A DNA stretch of 64,000 nt from Leptonemataceae bacterium (GCA_965227295.1 OZ245742.1:3552001-3616000); one strand, 5' to 3'. Shown: positions 19,685 through 29,853, numbered from the stretch's first letter. The notes: generated by a model from the sequence alone, not told the origin. Numbers and translations: made by a program.

Positions 19685-20686
19685 ATGATCCAGCGATTCT
19701 TTCGGGCTTTCTTCTGGGCGGTCCTCGTCGCTTCAGTCGTCGCCTGGGGGTACTTCGGAGTCGTAAGTGCTTCCACGCGCGAGGCCGTGCTGATCGAAGA
19801 CCGCTACCTTGGCCTCGACGAGAACGTCGTCGAGCCGGGGACGGTGCGTTTCGTCGCGAATCGAATCTTTCCGGGTCGGGTCACACTGCATCGCGTGGAC
19901 ATCGGTCCGCGCATTTTACGATTGCAGCATAAGAAAGGCCTGGCCGAAAGCGAGATGCTCGGCCTCGACGATTCTTTCTACATTCAAACGGAGCTGCGCC
20001 TGGAGTACAGGTTGCTCCCGGAGCGCCTGTTGCCGCTGTTCCTGCGCCTGGAAGAACCGAACTGGGATCTCCTGGATTCTTATCTGCGCATTCGCCTGAA
20101 TTACTTCTTGAATCGCAAGTTGCAGTCACTCTACGAGGACACTGCCAACCTGGACGCGTTGGAGTTGTTGCTGTACGATTACGTGCGCGGTCCGGAACTG
20201 CTCACGGAGTTGAACCAGGAGTTCCTGCCGGACGGCGTGGTCTTTCGAAACATCCTGCCGTCGCGCCTCTACGTTCCGGACGCCGGTTTGTATCGTGCGA
20301 TTCTTGCGGACGAAGATCTCATTTTACAACAAAAGCGAGATCGTCTCAAGCTGGTGGACGACGCCCACGCCCGCCAGGCCGCGGAGCGCATCCAGGACGA
20401 GGCGTATTTCGCGCGCCTGGAACGCATTGGTCGTCTGGTGCGTAAGTATCCGCAGTTGAAGGATTACCTGGCCATTGACCGCCTGAGCGAGGACGTCGAG
20501 GTAATCGTCGTACCGTCGGATCGCTGGTTCCCCACCGAAATCGAACGCGCGCGTGCGAATTTCAGGAAACGTGCGAACGGCAGCGAGCCGGTCGGGAACA
20601 ACCGCGCACCGCGAGAAGTGCAGGAACCGGAAGCACCACCGCCGAATACCGGTGACCCGCGCTTTCGGGATCTGACGCCGCCGTAA
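19685..20686 (+). CDS. Membrane-anchored SPFH/band-7-like protein
   Basis: N-terminal TM helix, beta-rich region then coiled coil; position after hfq recalls hflK/hflC (inference). Confidence 0.5.
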   Translation: MIQRFFRAFFWAVLVASVVAWGYFGVVSASTREAVLIEDRYLGLDENVVEPGTVRFVANRIFPGRVTLHRVDIGPRILRLQHKKGLAESEMLGLDDSFYIQTELRLEYRLLPERLLPLFLRLEEPNWDLLDSYLRIRLNYFLNRKLQSLYEDTANLDALELLLYDYVRGPELLTELNQEFLPDGVVFRNILPSRLYVPDAGLYRAILADEDLILQQKRDRLKLVDDAHARQAAERIQDEAYFARLERIGRLVRKYPQLKDYLAIDRLSEDVEVIVVPSDRWFPTEIERARANFRKRANGSEPVGNNRAPREVQEPEAPPPNTGDPRFRDLTPP

Positions 20687-20687
20687 C

Positions 20688-20922
20688 GATAGCGATTCTT
20701 GCGTCAGCGGCGATTGGAAGGGTGGCCGAAGGCCAGGGGCCGACTAAAAAGTCGCGGGCGACGATGTCGCTATCAAACAGTGATACCTGCGAACTTGCAG
20801 CTCTTCGCGCCAGGGATTGGAAGGGTCGCGGTGGAGCCGCGAGTCCGGAGCGTAGCAGAGGACCGAAGTGCGTAGCGTGGAGCCCTGCAAAGCGCGGCCC
20901 GAGCGCAGCGAGGGAGACGCCC
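20688..20922. repeat. Hairpin-rich REP/MITE-like intergenic element
   Basis: Outer IR gatagcga/tcgctatc, several internal hairpins, gattggaagggt present twice, ends cccgagcgcagcgagggagacgccc. Confidence 0.55.
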
Positions 20923-21067
20923 AAAAAAGCGATCCACCAGGTCTTCTCCGTAGTTACGACAGATGCATCCGCGCTGACGGCATAACACTCTGCATCCCCG
21001 GTGCCAGGAATTCAAAACCGGTTGCCGTACGCGTCGTTCGCGGGGCGTTGGTATGCAGGAACTCCCG

Positions 21068-22240
21068 ATGGCCAAAAAGAAGAAATCCGCGAAATCGAAA
21101 GACAAAGCCAAATCGAAGGACAAAGCCGCGCCGAAGGAAACGAAGCAGAAGGCCGAGAAACCCGTCGTCCTGATCATGGCCGGAGGCAAGGGCGAGCGCT
21201 TCTGGCCGCGGTCGCGGCATTCGCATCCGAAGCAGTTGCAGAAGGTCTATTCGTCGAAGACCCTCCTCGAAGAAACCATTGAACGCGCGTTGACGATTAC
21301 GGATCGTTCGCGCATCTTCATCGGCTGCAACGCGGAACTCAAGCAGGCCGTCCTCAAAACGCATAAGAACATCAAAAAAAGCCAGTTCGTTGTAGAACCT
21401 GAAGGCCGCAACACGGCCCCGATCATCGCCCTGGCCGCGCTTCAGTTTGAGAAAGAGTTTCCCGGGGCGACCCACGTCGTGTTGTCCGCGGATCACTACA
21501 TTAATCCGCTGAAGGCCTTTGAAACCACGTTGAAGAAAGCCATCCAGACGGCCCGGGCCGGGGAGGGCTGGCTCGTGACTCTCGGCGTGCGGCCGAATCG
21601 TCCTGAGGTGGGCTACGGTTACATTCAGGCCGGCGGCGAGTTCGGCGACGGTCTGCCGGCGCAGTCGATCCAGTCGTTCACCGAAAAACCCGACCGCGCA
21701 ACAGCCACGCAGTACCTGGCCGCCGGCAATTACTTCTGGAACTCCGGCATCTTCATCTGGACCGGGCCCCGTATTTTGGAGGAGTTCCGCCAGCACGCCC
21801 CGGACGTGATCGCCCCATTAGAGGAGGGCAAGTCCTTCGCTTCCGCCGGCAAACTCAAAAAGGCCTTCCCGAAGATTCCCGATCGGCCGGTGGACATTGC
21901 GATCATGGAAAAATCGGAGCGCATTGCCATGGTGCCGGCGGAATTCGCCTGGGACGATGTCGGTTCCTGGCTGTCTTTGCGGCGCATCGGCGAGCCGGAC
22001 GCCAACGAGAACCTCACGGTCTCCACGAAGAAAAAGGCGCCCGTCGTTGTGGCCCGCAAGAGCAGCGGGAACCTGGTGGTGAGCGATAAGAAGCTGGTGG
22101 CGCTGCTGGGAGTGGAGAAGCTCGTGGTGGTGGAGGAGGAGGATCTGCTCTTCCTGGCTCACGAGAGCGAGATCGACGGCATCAAGGACTTTCTCGGGGA
22201 ATTCAAGGCGAATCCAGCTTTACAAAAATTCCTGAAATAA
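21068..22240 (+). CDS. manC: Mannose-1-phosphate guanylyltransferase with Lys-rich N-terminal extension
   Basis: IMAGGKGERFWPRSR..PKQ, EPEGRNTAP, GYGYI, FTEKPD, WNSGIF, WDDVGSW. Confidence 0.92.
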   Translation: MAKKKKSAKSKDKAKSKDKAAPKETKQKAEKPVVLIMAGGKGERFWPRSRHSHPKQLQKVYSSKTLLEETIERALTITDRSRIFIGCNAELKQAVLKTHKNIKKSQFVVEPEGRNTAPIIALAALQFEKEFPGATHVVLSADHYINPLKAFETTLKKAIQTARAGEGWLVTLGVRPNRPEVGYGYIQAGGEFGDGLPAQSIQSFTEKPDRATATQYLAAGNYFWNSGIFIWTGPRILEEFRQHAPDVIAPLEEGKSFASAGKLKKAFPKIPDRPVDIAIMEKSERIAMVPAEFAWDDVGSWLSLRRIGEPDANENLTVSTKKKAPVVVARKSSGNLVVSDKKLVALLGVEKLVVVEEEDLLFLAHESEIDGIKDFLGEFKANPALQKFLK

Positions 22241-22268
22241 AAACCTGCCTTCTTCAGGAAAAAATTGA

Positions 22269-22358
22269 ATGCCTTCCGGTAAAAAACGCAAAAGAAGAAA
22301 GATCCGCACCCACAAGCGCAAGAAGAAGCGCAAATCCGAGCGTCATAAGAAGAAGTAA
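22269..22358 (+). CDS. 29-aa basic protein, bS22/mS38 (AURKAIP1/COX24)-like small ribosomal protein
   Basis: Translated by hand: MPSGKKRKRRKIRTHKRKKKRKSERHKKK*; AGGA upstream; not in the ORF track. Confidence 0.85.
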   Translation: MPSGKKRKRRKIRTHKRKKKRKSERHKKK

Positions 22359-22451
22359 GGCTCGCTCGGTGCGGGGATTTTGTATCTCCGCACCCGGCGC
22401 ACAAAAACCGCGCTATCCTTCCCTCCCCTCCCGGCCGAAAATCATATATAG

Positions 22452-23390
22452 ATGTTTTCGGCCGCGGGCAAAAATGATTCCTCGGGCGGGCCCCCCCTCG
22501 ATAACGCCCAGTCCAATCGCATCCTGCTCATTCTCGTCGGCACGCTGGTCCTGCTGTTGTTCATGGACTTTCAGGCCCGGCGGCATTTCGAATCCGTGGC
22601 CGGCGCGCCCGCGGATCGTCTGAACCAGAGCGTTGAGGCTCTTTCCACCATCGACACCCAACCCATCCGCGAGAGCGCGGACGAAATCCTGAACGGCGCC
22701 TCCGAGATGGTCGGCGAGTACTCCGGCCAGGCAGGCGAGGCGGCCCGGGACGGCATTGAGTATGCGGGCGACGCGGCGCGGAACGGGGCGGCCGACGCCA
22801 TCCAGGGCGCCGCCGCCGGAGCCGGGGAAGCCGCGGGAGACCTGATCGATGCGGCGGGGCAGGAGACCGCGGGCCATGTGCGGCCGCGCAACGTCGAAGC
22901 GTTGAACGAGGTGAGCCTGCGTCCGCTGGATACGGTCACACTGAAAGACGAGCACATTGAGCTGTTCTTTATTCAATTTCGCAACGGTCGCTCGCGCCTG
23001 ATCCGCGTGCACCGTCCGGTGCCGAAGTCCGCCGTGCGGGACGGCGAACGCATTACCCTCGCCACGGTCCTGGATCTCTTACGCCGCGGTCCTGAGCTGC
23101 GCGAGCGCGGTCTTTTGAACATGTTCGATGACGGCATTCAGATTCGCAGCATGCGCCTGGACAACGGCGTGCTCGTCCTGGATTTGAACGACCGCATCGG
23201 TCGCATGGGAGCACATGTGATTCGCGATCGCCTGGACCAACTGCTCTTTACCGTAACGCGGTTCGCCGAGGTGCGGGGCGTGAAGTTGCTGGTGGACGGG
23301 CGTGAGATTCACTCACTCGGCAGCGGCAAGATCGACGTGCCGGCCGTGATGAAGCCGTCGGATCGGACGTTTTACGATTACGAGGGCTGA
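22452..23390 (+). CDS. GerMN domain membrane-anchored protein
   Basis: TM helix, Ala/Gly-rich spacer, LRRGP...E..RGL, QLLFTVTRFAEVRGVKLLVDG. Confidence 0.8.
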   Translation: MFSAAGKNDSSGGPPLDNAQSNRILLILVGTLVLLLFMDFQARRHFESVAGAPADRLNQSVEALSTIDTQPIRESADEILNGASEMVGEYSGQAGEAARDGIEYAGDAARNGAADAIQGAAAGAGEAAGDLIDAAGQETAGHVRPRNVEALNEVSLRPLDTVTLKDEHIELFFIQFRNGRSRLIRVHRPVPKSAVRDGERITLATVLDLLRRGPELRERGLLNMFDDGIQIRSMRLDNGVLVLDLNDRIGRMGAHVIRDRLDQLLFTVTRFAEVRGVKLLVDGREIHSLGSGKIDVPAVMKPSDRTFYDYEG

Positions 23391-23391
23391 A

Positions 23392-24315
23392 TCAGTCGGA
23401 ATCCCGCACCGCGTAGAACACCATCGAAGAGGTCAGCGCAAAATCACCGAAGGCGACTTTGCCCTTAAGATGATACCAGGCAATCTTAATCCAGCGCAGA
23501 TAGTCGCCGGCTTTCGTGAAGTCTCCACGCGACTTGCGCAGTTTCGCGAGTAATCCGAAGTCCACCGGGCGATAGACGAAGCTCCTGGAAAAGCCGAACT
23601 CCGCGAAGAGCCGCCGGAGGTTTCGGGTGTTGTAGTAAAAGAAGTGTCCGGGTAAATAATAGTGATAATCAGAGCCGGCGCTGCGGGCCTGGCGGCCCAG
23701 GTAGTTCGCCGTTTGAATCACGACCAGGCCGCCCGGGCGCATGATTTCGCGCAGAGCCAGCATGGCAGCGCGCGGATCGGGGAGATGCTCGAAGACCTCG
23801 ATCATTGTAAGCACATCGGTGCTCTGCGGCGGGAGGACGCCGGGCTCTAACTCTCCGCGAACGACATCTAAGCCGCGTTTGCGGGCTTCGGCGGCGGCGT
23901 ACTCCGAGACGTCGAGGCCCCGGGCGCGATAGCCGAAGTCCCGCGCGGCTTCGACGAACGAGCCGAAGGCCGCGCCCACGTCCGTGAAATCCGCCGGGGC
24001 CGGGACAAAACGCGCGATGTTTCGCAGACGGGCGTCGTGCACGTAGCGGTCGTAACGTGTTTTGCGCCGTTCGTCGCGGTAGTTGTACTCGGCTGCGCCG
24101 GTGTAGTAGGCTTCGTCGTAGAGCTCTTCCGGTTGCTCCGGGATCAGCGGTTGCATCTCCAGGTCGCAGCCATGGCAACGATGGATGTCGAAGGCGGGTG
24201 TAAATCGATCGATGGTGTAGAGATGGCGCGGGCTTTCACCGCAGATCGGGCAGACCTCGACCGGTGTTCCCGGGACGGCGTTCATGGGCGGGCAGTGTAC
24301 ATCGACAGCGTTCAT
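23392..24315 (-). CDS. Class I SAM-dependent methyltransferase with N-terminal CxxC pairs
   Basis: CPICG/CHGC, DVGAAFG, GLDVS, EVFEHLPDP, RPGG. Confidence 0.85.
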   Translation of the reverse strand: MNAVDVHCPPMNAVPGTPVEVCPICGESPRHLYTIDRFTPAFDIHRCHGCDLEMQPLIPEQPEELYDEAYYTGAAEYNYRDERRKTRYDRYVHDARLRNIARFVPAPADFTDVGAAFGSFVEAARDFGYRARGLDVSEYAAAEARKRGLDVVRGELEPGVLPPQSTDVLTMIEVFEHLPDPRAAMLALREIMRPGGLVVIQTANYLGRQARSAGSDYHYYLPGHFFYYNTRNLRRLFAEFGFSRSFVYRPVDFGLLAKLRKSRGDFTKAGDYLRWIKIAWYHLKGKVAFGDFALTSSMVFYAVRDSD

Positions 24316-24334
24316 ACAGCAAGCATCTCCAGGT

Positions 24335-24976
24335 TCAAGGGCGCGCGGCGAAAATCCAGTGGGCGATTCGGCGACTCAGGTCTCCCACGGGCGTGCGTTC
24401 GGCATAGCCTGTGTCTACATCAGCAAATGTTAGCGAGAGCAGCGAGCGCGCTTCGTCTTCGCTGTAGAGCGTGAGCGTCGCCCCGGCCATATCGGGATTG
24501 TCCTGGAAGTGTGTATCGCGAGCCGCGCGCAGCGTTCCCAGGAACCAGCCGTCGGCTTTGAGGACGCGGCGAATTTCGGTGAGCATGGCCGCGACGACGG
24601 TCGCGCTGTTGTAGTGCAACACGCCCCAGCAAACGACTGCGTTCAGAGAACCGTCGGCGATTTCGCTGAGCTGGAAGTCCTCGGGGCGTTCCGGGAGTTC
24701 GAAGAGTCGCGCTTCGGGGCAGGCGGCCCGGGAAAGTTCCAGCGAGTTCGCGGAGGTGTCGGTTCCGTAGAGCGGCGCAAAGCCCAGGTCCGCAAGCAAT
24801 CGCAGATGTCGGCCGCTGCCGCAGCCCAGATCCAGGGCCGCTCCCGGCACGCAGCGTGACTTCAGAAGACGCACTAAGTTTTCGTCAGGGTACGTTTGCA
24901 TGGCTCGTGGACGGGCGTAGTGTTCTTCCCAGGCGGATTGATTGGCTTGTTCCATCATGTCGATCATCTTACTCAA
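24335..24976 (-). CDS. Class I SAM-dependent methyltransferase
   Basis: YPDENLVR, LDLGCGSGRH, WGVLHY, EIRRVLKADG. Confidence 0.88.
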   Translation of the reverse strand: MSKMIDMMEQANQSAWEEHYARPRAMQTYPDENLVRLLKSRCVPGAALDLGCGSGRHLRLLADLGFAPLYGTDTSANSLELSRAACPEARLFELPERPEDFQLSEIADGSLNAVVCWGVLHYNSATVVAAMLTEIRRVLKADGWFLGTLRAARDTHFQDNPDMAGATLTLYSEDEARSLLSLTFADVDTGYAERTPVGDLSRRIAHWIFAARP

Positions 24977-26262
24977 TCTTCGTACTCAACGAGAGTGTCT
25001 GCGACGATTTCGTCGGCGTCCCGGTCGAGCTGCTCCCCGTGTTCGATGGGGCCGCGCAGGGCGAAGACGGCCAGGCGATCAGCGTTGCCGCCTTCGAAGG
25101 ACGTGCGTTCCCCTGGTTGTTTGAGGCGCCGGGCGAAGATCAGGCCCGGATGCCGTTCCAGATGATCGGGAAAGCGCAGGTTACGCAGAGTGCCCTCGCG
25201 TTGGAGAATAAAACGAATCGTCACTCGAAAGCGTCGTTCGGTGCGATACTCGGGAATCGGGAAGGTGCTGCCGGTAAGCAGGCCGACAAGATCGTGAAAG
25301 TAACTGGTTTCGCGCAGGCGTTCGTAGGCTGCGGGTGCCAGTTGATCCATGAGGTATTCGCCGCCGGTTTCCGGCGCGCATTCCACAAGATACATGCGCG
25401 GATCGCCGCCCCGGCGTTGCACGGGTACCAGAAACTCCGCAACCAGCGGGCCGGTTTGGATACCGCTGATCTCGACGACCTTCTGTAAGTACTGATCCAC
25501 ATAACGACGGACCGGGGCATCGATTTCCGCCGGAAAGTCGTGGCGGGTCTCCACGAAGAGCGGGGGGATCTGCGACGTATGTTTGTCCGTAATGATCAAC
25601 GATTCGTAGTGCCCGTGTTCGACGATCCCCATCACCGTAATTTCTTTCGCGTTCGCGATGCGCTCTTCGACGAGCAGCGTGCCGTCGTCGTGCGGATGTT
25701 CTGCGAGCAGGGCCTCAATGTCGAAGCGATGTTCCAACAAACGCATGCCGAGTTTGCCATGGCCTCGCGCCGGTCGCGCAACCAGCGTACCGCGAGCGTT
25801 CGACAAAGCCGCGCGGTGTTTGTCCGTGGTCCAGGCGTAGTTGCGCGGAATCGGAATTCCGTGATCCGCCAGGAGATTCTTGAACTTACGTTTATCCGCG
25901 AACCGCAGGAGGGATCGCCAGGTATTACCGGGGACACCGAAGCTCCCGGCGATCAGCGCAGCCGCGAGTCCGGCGCGACCGAAGGACCGACAACCCACGC
26001 CGACGACCTCGGCGTCGATCAGGTTCTCTTTGATCTCACGGATGATGTGTCCCGGGCGCAGGATCGATGATTGCAGTTGAATGTTCGCCCGGGAGAACCC
26101 TGGTGCCTGGCTGTCGCGATCCACGGCGATGACCCGATAGCCCAGGTCCCGGGCGGCCTGGATCAGCGGCAACTGATGGCTGCCGGCTCCCAGGGAAATG
26201 AAGTAACGCGGAATTTGATCTTCAGTCACGGTTTCGCCGTCCCCGCGGAAGAGGGTGTTCAT
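24973..26262 (-). CDS. ATP-grasp domain protein
   Basis: LGAGSHQLPLI..A..LG, DKRKFK, ARP..G.GKLG, LVEERI, GPLVAEF, LVECAPETGG. Confidence 0.8.
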   Translation of the reverse strand: MNTLFRGDGETVTEDQIPRYFISLGAGSHQLPLIQAARDLGYRVIAVDRDSQAPGFSRANIQLQSSILRPGHIIREIKENLIDAEVVGVGCRSFGRAGLAAALIAGSFGVPGNTWRSLLRFADKRKFKNLLADHGIPIPRNYAWTTDKHRAALSNARGTLVARPARGHGKLGMRLLEHRFDIEALLAEHPHDDGTLLVEERIANAKEITVMGIVEHGHYESLIITDKHTSQIPPLFVETRHDFPAEIDAPVRRYVDQYLQKVVEISGIQTGPLVAEFLVPVQRRGGDPRMYLVECAPETGGEYLMDQLAPAAYERLRETSYFHDLVGLLTGSTFPIPEYRTERRFRVTIRFILQREGTLRNLRFPDHLERHPGLIFARRLKQPGERTSFEGGNADRLAVFALRGPIEHGEQLDRDADEIVADTLVEYED

Positions 26263-26295
26263 GGTTGATCTTCGGCTTAATTCGAAGAAAGGATG

Positions 26296-26417
26296 ACTCC
26301 GAGGACCGAGGTACCGAGATGAAGAAGGGAGAACGGTCGTAGCCTGACCGCGTTCCGCTTACAAACGCACCATCAAAAATACTCGAAATCTTCCCTCGTG
26401 ATCTCGGTCCTCGGATT
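26296..26417. repeat. CCGAG-triplet inverted-repeat element
   Basis: actccgaggaccgaggtaccgag ... ctcgtgatctcggtcctcggatt. Confidence 0.8.
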
Positions 26418-26424
26418 AAAATCT

Positions 26425-26451
26425 TTTAGCTTTGTGCGGAAAAACCGATGT
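26425..26451 (+). promoter_or_regulatory. Putative sigma28 (FliA) promoter for flgF
   Basis: TTTA-N15-ACCGATGT versus consensus TAAA-N15-GCCGATAA; ATG follows 7 nt later. Confidence 0.4.
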
Positions 26452-26458
26452 TATTCCT

Positions 26459-27325
26459 ATGCTGCGTGGTATGTACATCGGTGCGACGGGGATGGTGATG
26501 AATCAGCATCGCCTGGATGTTATTTCGAACAACCTGGCGAACGTGGACAAGACCGCGTTCAAGAGCGACGAGGCGATCTTCAAGTCCTTTCCCGAAATGC
26601 TCGTGCATCGCATGCGCGAGGACGGCCAGGGTCGCGTGCCCATGGGTTCGTTCGACCTGGCTCCCATGACCGGCAAGCTCGGGACGGGCGTGGAGTTCAA
26701 CGAATCGTTTACGCGTTACGACCAGGGCGCCGCGAAGTATACGACGAATCCGACGGACGTCATGATCGACGATCGCGCGAACAAGCGCCCGGCGTTCTTC
26801 GTGGTAATGACCGACAAGGGCGAACGGCTTACGCGCGCCGGCAACTTCGTGATTGATCGCGACGGCCGGTTGGTGACGCCGAAGGGTTTTCCGCTGATGG
26901 GCGAAAACGGTCCCATTCAAGTCGCCCCGCATAACTTTATGATCCGCGAGAACGGTGAGATCTGGATCAACGGGAAGATCGGCAACGATCCCACCGCCGG
27001 CGCGAACCGCGAGACGAATACCTTCGAAGATCCCATCTTACTCGACAAAATCAAGATGCGCACGGTGGAGTTCCCGCGCGAACTCAAGAAAGAAGGCGAC
27101 AGTTTTTATTTTGTCACGCCCGAGTCCGGTCCCATGCGCACGTTTGATGATCTGAACATGAAGGAACCCGTCGTCCTGCAGGGCTTTCTCGAAACGTCGA
27201 ATGTGAATCTGGTCCGTCAAATGGTGGAAATGATCGAAGTGCAGCGCCAGTACGAAGCGAACCAGAAATCCGTGACGACGCACGATCAATTGCTCGGCCG
27301 TCTGATCAACGACGTCGCCCGCTGA
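26459..27325 (+). CDS. flgF: Flagellar basal-body rod protein (FlgF/FlgG family)
   Basis: [64 protein letters not shown]. Confidence 0.85.
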   Translation: MLRGMYIGATGMVMNQHRLDVISNNLANVDKTAFKSDEAIFKSFPEMLVHRMREDGQGRVPMGSFDLAPMTGKLGTGVEFNESFTRYDQGAAKYTTNPTDVMIDDRANKRPAFFVVMTDKGERLTRAGNFVIDRDGRLVTPKGFPLMGENGPIQVAPHNFMIRENGEIWINGKIGNDPTAGANRETNTFEDPILLDKIKMRTVEFPRELKKEGDSFYFVTPESGPMRTFDDLNMKEPVVLQGFLETSNVNLVRQMVEMIEVQRQYEANQKSVTTHDQLLGRLINDVAR

Positions 27326-27358
27326 TCGAAGCGCGCAGCTTTGTAATCCCGTAAAAAA

Positions 27359-27386
27359 CTCCGTGTCCTCGGAGCCCGGGCGGTGA
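27359..27386. repeat. Solo right arm of the CCGAG inverted-repeat family
   Basis: ctccgtgtcctcggagcccgggcggtga resembles ctcggtgtcctcggagcctcggtggt at 50609. Confidence 0.55.
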
Positions 27387-27397
27387 AACCTGCTCCC

Positions 27398-28222
27398 ATG
27401 CAGCTCGCCCTCGATTCCACGCTCACACTCAACAACGGCGCCGAAATTCCGCGTCTGGGTCTCGGCGTATATCAAAGTGCTCCGGGGGATGAAACCCTTC
27501 GCGCGGTGTACAGCGCGCTGGAAGTCGGCTACCGGCACATCGATACGGCGTCCGTTTATGGAAACGAAGCGGACGTCGGTGCGGCCGTAGCGGCCTCCGG
27601 CCTGGCGCGCGAAGACCTGTTCATAACGACGAAGCTGTGGAATCAGGACCACGGACTCAAGTCCACGCTCCGGGCCTGTCGCGAAAGTCTGGAGCGATTG
27701 GACTTAGAGTACGTTGATCTGTACTTAATCCACTGGCCCGTCCCCGACGCGCGCCAGGAATCGTATCAGGCCCTGGAGCTGCTCTACGAGGAGGGCCTCT
27801 GCCGGGCCATCGGTGTCTCGAACTACACGATCGCCCATCTGGAAGAGCTGCTGGCCGGGGCGAGTACCGTGCCGGCGGTCAATCAGGTGGAGTATCATCC
27901 GTACCTGCATCAACGCGATCTCAAAGACTTCTGCGCCTTGCAGCAGATCGCCCTCGAAGCTTATTCCCCCCTCGTGCGCGCCCAACGCTTCGACGATGAA
28001 CGATTGAAGAACGTCGCGCGCAAGTACGGAAAGAGCCCGGCACAGATTCTCATTCGTTGGTCGCTCGAGCAGGGAAACATCGTCATTCCGAAGTCCGTGC
28101 ACCCGGAACGCATCCGCGAGAACGCCGACGTCTTCGACTTTGCCCTGGATGAGGACGATCAGGCGCGGCTGAACGGCCTCCACGAAAACCTGCGCACCTG
28201 CTGGGACCCGACGAACGTCTGA
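27398..28222 (+). CDS. Aldo/keto reductase (AKR5-like)
   Basis: GLGVYQ, GYRHIDTASVYGNE, TTKLWN, DLYLIHWP, IGVSNY, IPKS. Confidence 0.93.
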   Translation: MQLALDSTLTLNNGAEIPRLGLGVYQSAPGDETLRAVYSALEVGYRHIDTASVYGNEADVGAAVAASGLAREDLFITTKLWNQDHGLKSTLRACRESLERLDLEYVDLYLIHWPVPDARQESYQALELLYEEGLCRAIGVSNYTIAHLEELLAGASTVPAVNQVEYHPYLHQRDLKDFCALQQIALEAYSPLVRAQRFDDERLKNVARKYGKSPAQILIRWSLEQGNIVIPKSVHPERIRENADVFDFALDEDDQARLNGLHENLRTCWDPTNV

Positions 28223-28227
28223 TCGCT

Positions 28228-28821
28228 TCAGCTACCCAGGCCGGCGAAGAGCACTTTCAAGAGCGCCCGTAGCCCCGCCTCGCGGTTTTCACCGAGATTC
28301 TCCACAACCAGGCGAGGATGATGAAAGGCGATCGTGCCCTCGAAGAGGGCCGTCGCACAGGCCTGGGCCGAGCGATTGCGGAATACTCCGTCTTTCAGGG
28401 CGTCGGCGCACATGCGTCTTAACTGTGACTGAGTGGTATTTAGATGATCCATGACGAACGGTCGTGTTTTTTCGGCGGACATGTTGAAGGCCGCGAACAG
28501 CTCCGGATCCCGGGACACCTTGTCACGTTTGAGGCGATGCAGGCTGAGAAACCACTCGCTGATTCGTGCCTCCGCGGATTTGTTTTTGGCCGCGACTTTT
28601 TCCAGTTCGTTGTCGATGCGGGATAACCAGCGTTCCGAGACGCCGTCCATGAGCGCCTCTTTGTCGGCGAAGTGTTTGTAGAGCGCCGCATGGGAAAGTT
28701 CCATGCGGCGCGCCACGTCCGTAAGCTTCATACGTGCGGCACCGCTGCGGCGAATTTCTTCTTCCGCGGCGTCCAGTGCGCGATCGTGTAGTTCTTCCGC
28801 TGTGAGTCCCGTACGGGGCAT
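28228..28821 (-). CDS. TetR family transcriptional regulator
   Basis: HTH LTDVARRMELSHAALYKHFADKEAL; start moved to ATG 28821. Confidence 0.9.
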   Translation of the reverse strand: MPRTGLTAEELHDRALDAAEEEIRRSGAARMKLTDVARRMELSHAALYKHFADKEALMDGVSERWLSRIDNELEKVAAKNKSAEARISEWFLSLHRLKRDKVSRDPELFAAFNMSAEKTRPFVMDHLNTTQSQLRRMCADALKDGVFRNRSAQACATALFEGTIAFHHPRLVVENLGENREAGLRALLKVLFAGLGS

Positions 28822-28837
28822 GTTCGTGGTCCGTGCA

Positions 28838-29824
28838 TCAGCGGACGACCATCGCCATTTGCGCCTCGGGATAACGGTCCCCTTGAATAGCGCCTTCCGG
28901 GAACAACTCATCCAGTCGGCGGAGGTCTTCCTTATCGAGACGAATGTCCAGCGCCGCCAGGTTTTCTTCGAGTCGCCGCCGGTTCGTCGTGGCCAGGAGC
29001 GGGATGACGTTGTCGCCCTGATGCAGGACCCAGGAGATCGCCAGTTGGGCCGGCGTGCAACTTTTTTCCCGCGCCATATCTTCCAGCAAGGCCACGCGTT
29101 TTTTATTCTCCGAGAAATTCTCGCCGCTGAATCGAGGAATGTGCGCGCGGAAGTCGCCGGCTGCCAACTGCGTCACCCTGCCGGACAGCAAACCGCGCGA
29201 AAGTACACCGTAGGCGACGACGGCGACACCGAGTTCCCGCGCCGTTTGCAACAGTTCCCGTTCAATGATCCGCGTGCCGAGGGAGTACTCCACTTCCAGG
29301 GCAGAAACCGGATGCACCGCATGCGCCCGGCGGAGTTGTTCCGGCGACGCCTCGGAGAGACCGAGATAACGCACGTGACCGGCATCGATCAATTCTTTGA
29401 TCGCCCCGACAGTGTCTTCGATCGGCACCGTGGGGTCCACTCGCGCCGGTTGATAGAGATCGATGACATCCCGGCCCAGGCGGACCAGCGAATACGCGGC
29501 AAAGCTCTTTACGGCCTGGGGTCGGCCATCGAAGCCGACGAACTCTCCCCCGGGACCGCGCATGGCGCCGAATTTCACGCTGAGCAACGGCTGCCTGCTG
29601 CGCTCTGCCAGGGCGCGGCGTAGCAGCAGTTCGTTGTGGCCAAGGCCGTAAAAATCACCGGTGTTCAGAAAACCGATGCCCGCATCCAGGGCCGCCTCTA
29701 GCACAGCCACGCTCTCGGCTTCGTCGTTGGCCCTGGAACCATAGAAATCCGACATGCCCATGCAGCCGAAACCCACTCCCAGGGGGATCGCCGGGCCGTT
29801 TTTTCCCAGTGTCTTGTTTTGCAT
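28838..29824 (-). CDS. Aldo/keto reductase (AKR13-like)
   Basis: GFGCMGMS, TGDFYG.GHNE, IDLYQPARVDP, GLSEA; GAGGAG RBS before ATG 29824. Confidence 0.92.
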   Translation of the reverse strand: MQNKTLGKNGPAIPLGVGFGCMGMSDFYGSRANDEAESVAVLEAALDAGIGFLNTGDFYGLGHNELLLRRALAERSRQPLLSVKFGAMRGPGGEFVGFDGRPQAVKSFAAYSLVRLGRDVIDLYQPARVDPTVPIEDTVGAIKELIDAGHVRYLGLSEASPEQLRRAHAVHPVSALEVEYSLGTRIIERELLQTARELGVAVVAYGVLSRGLLSGRVTQLAAGDFRAHIPRFSGENFSENKKRVALLEDMAREKSCTPAQLAISWVLHQGDNVIPLLATTNRRRLEENLAALDIRLDKEDLRRLDELFPEGAIQGDRYPEAQMAMVVR

Positions 29825-29853
29825 AATTTGCTCCTCTTCGCTCGAAAACAAAA

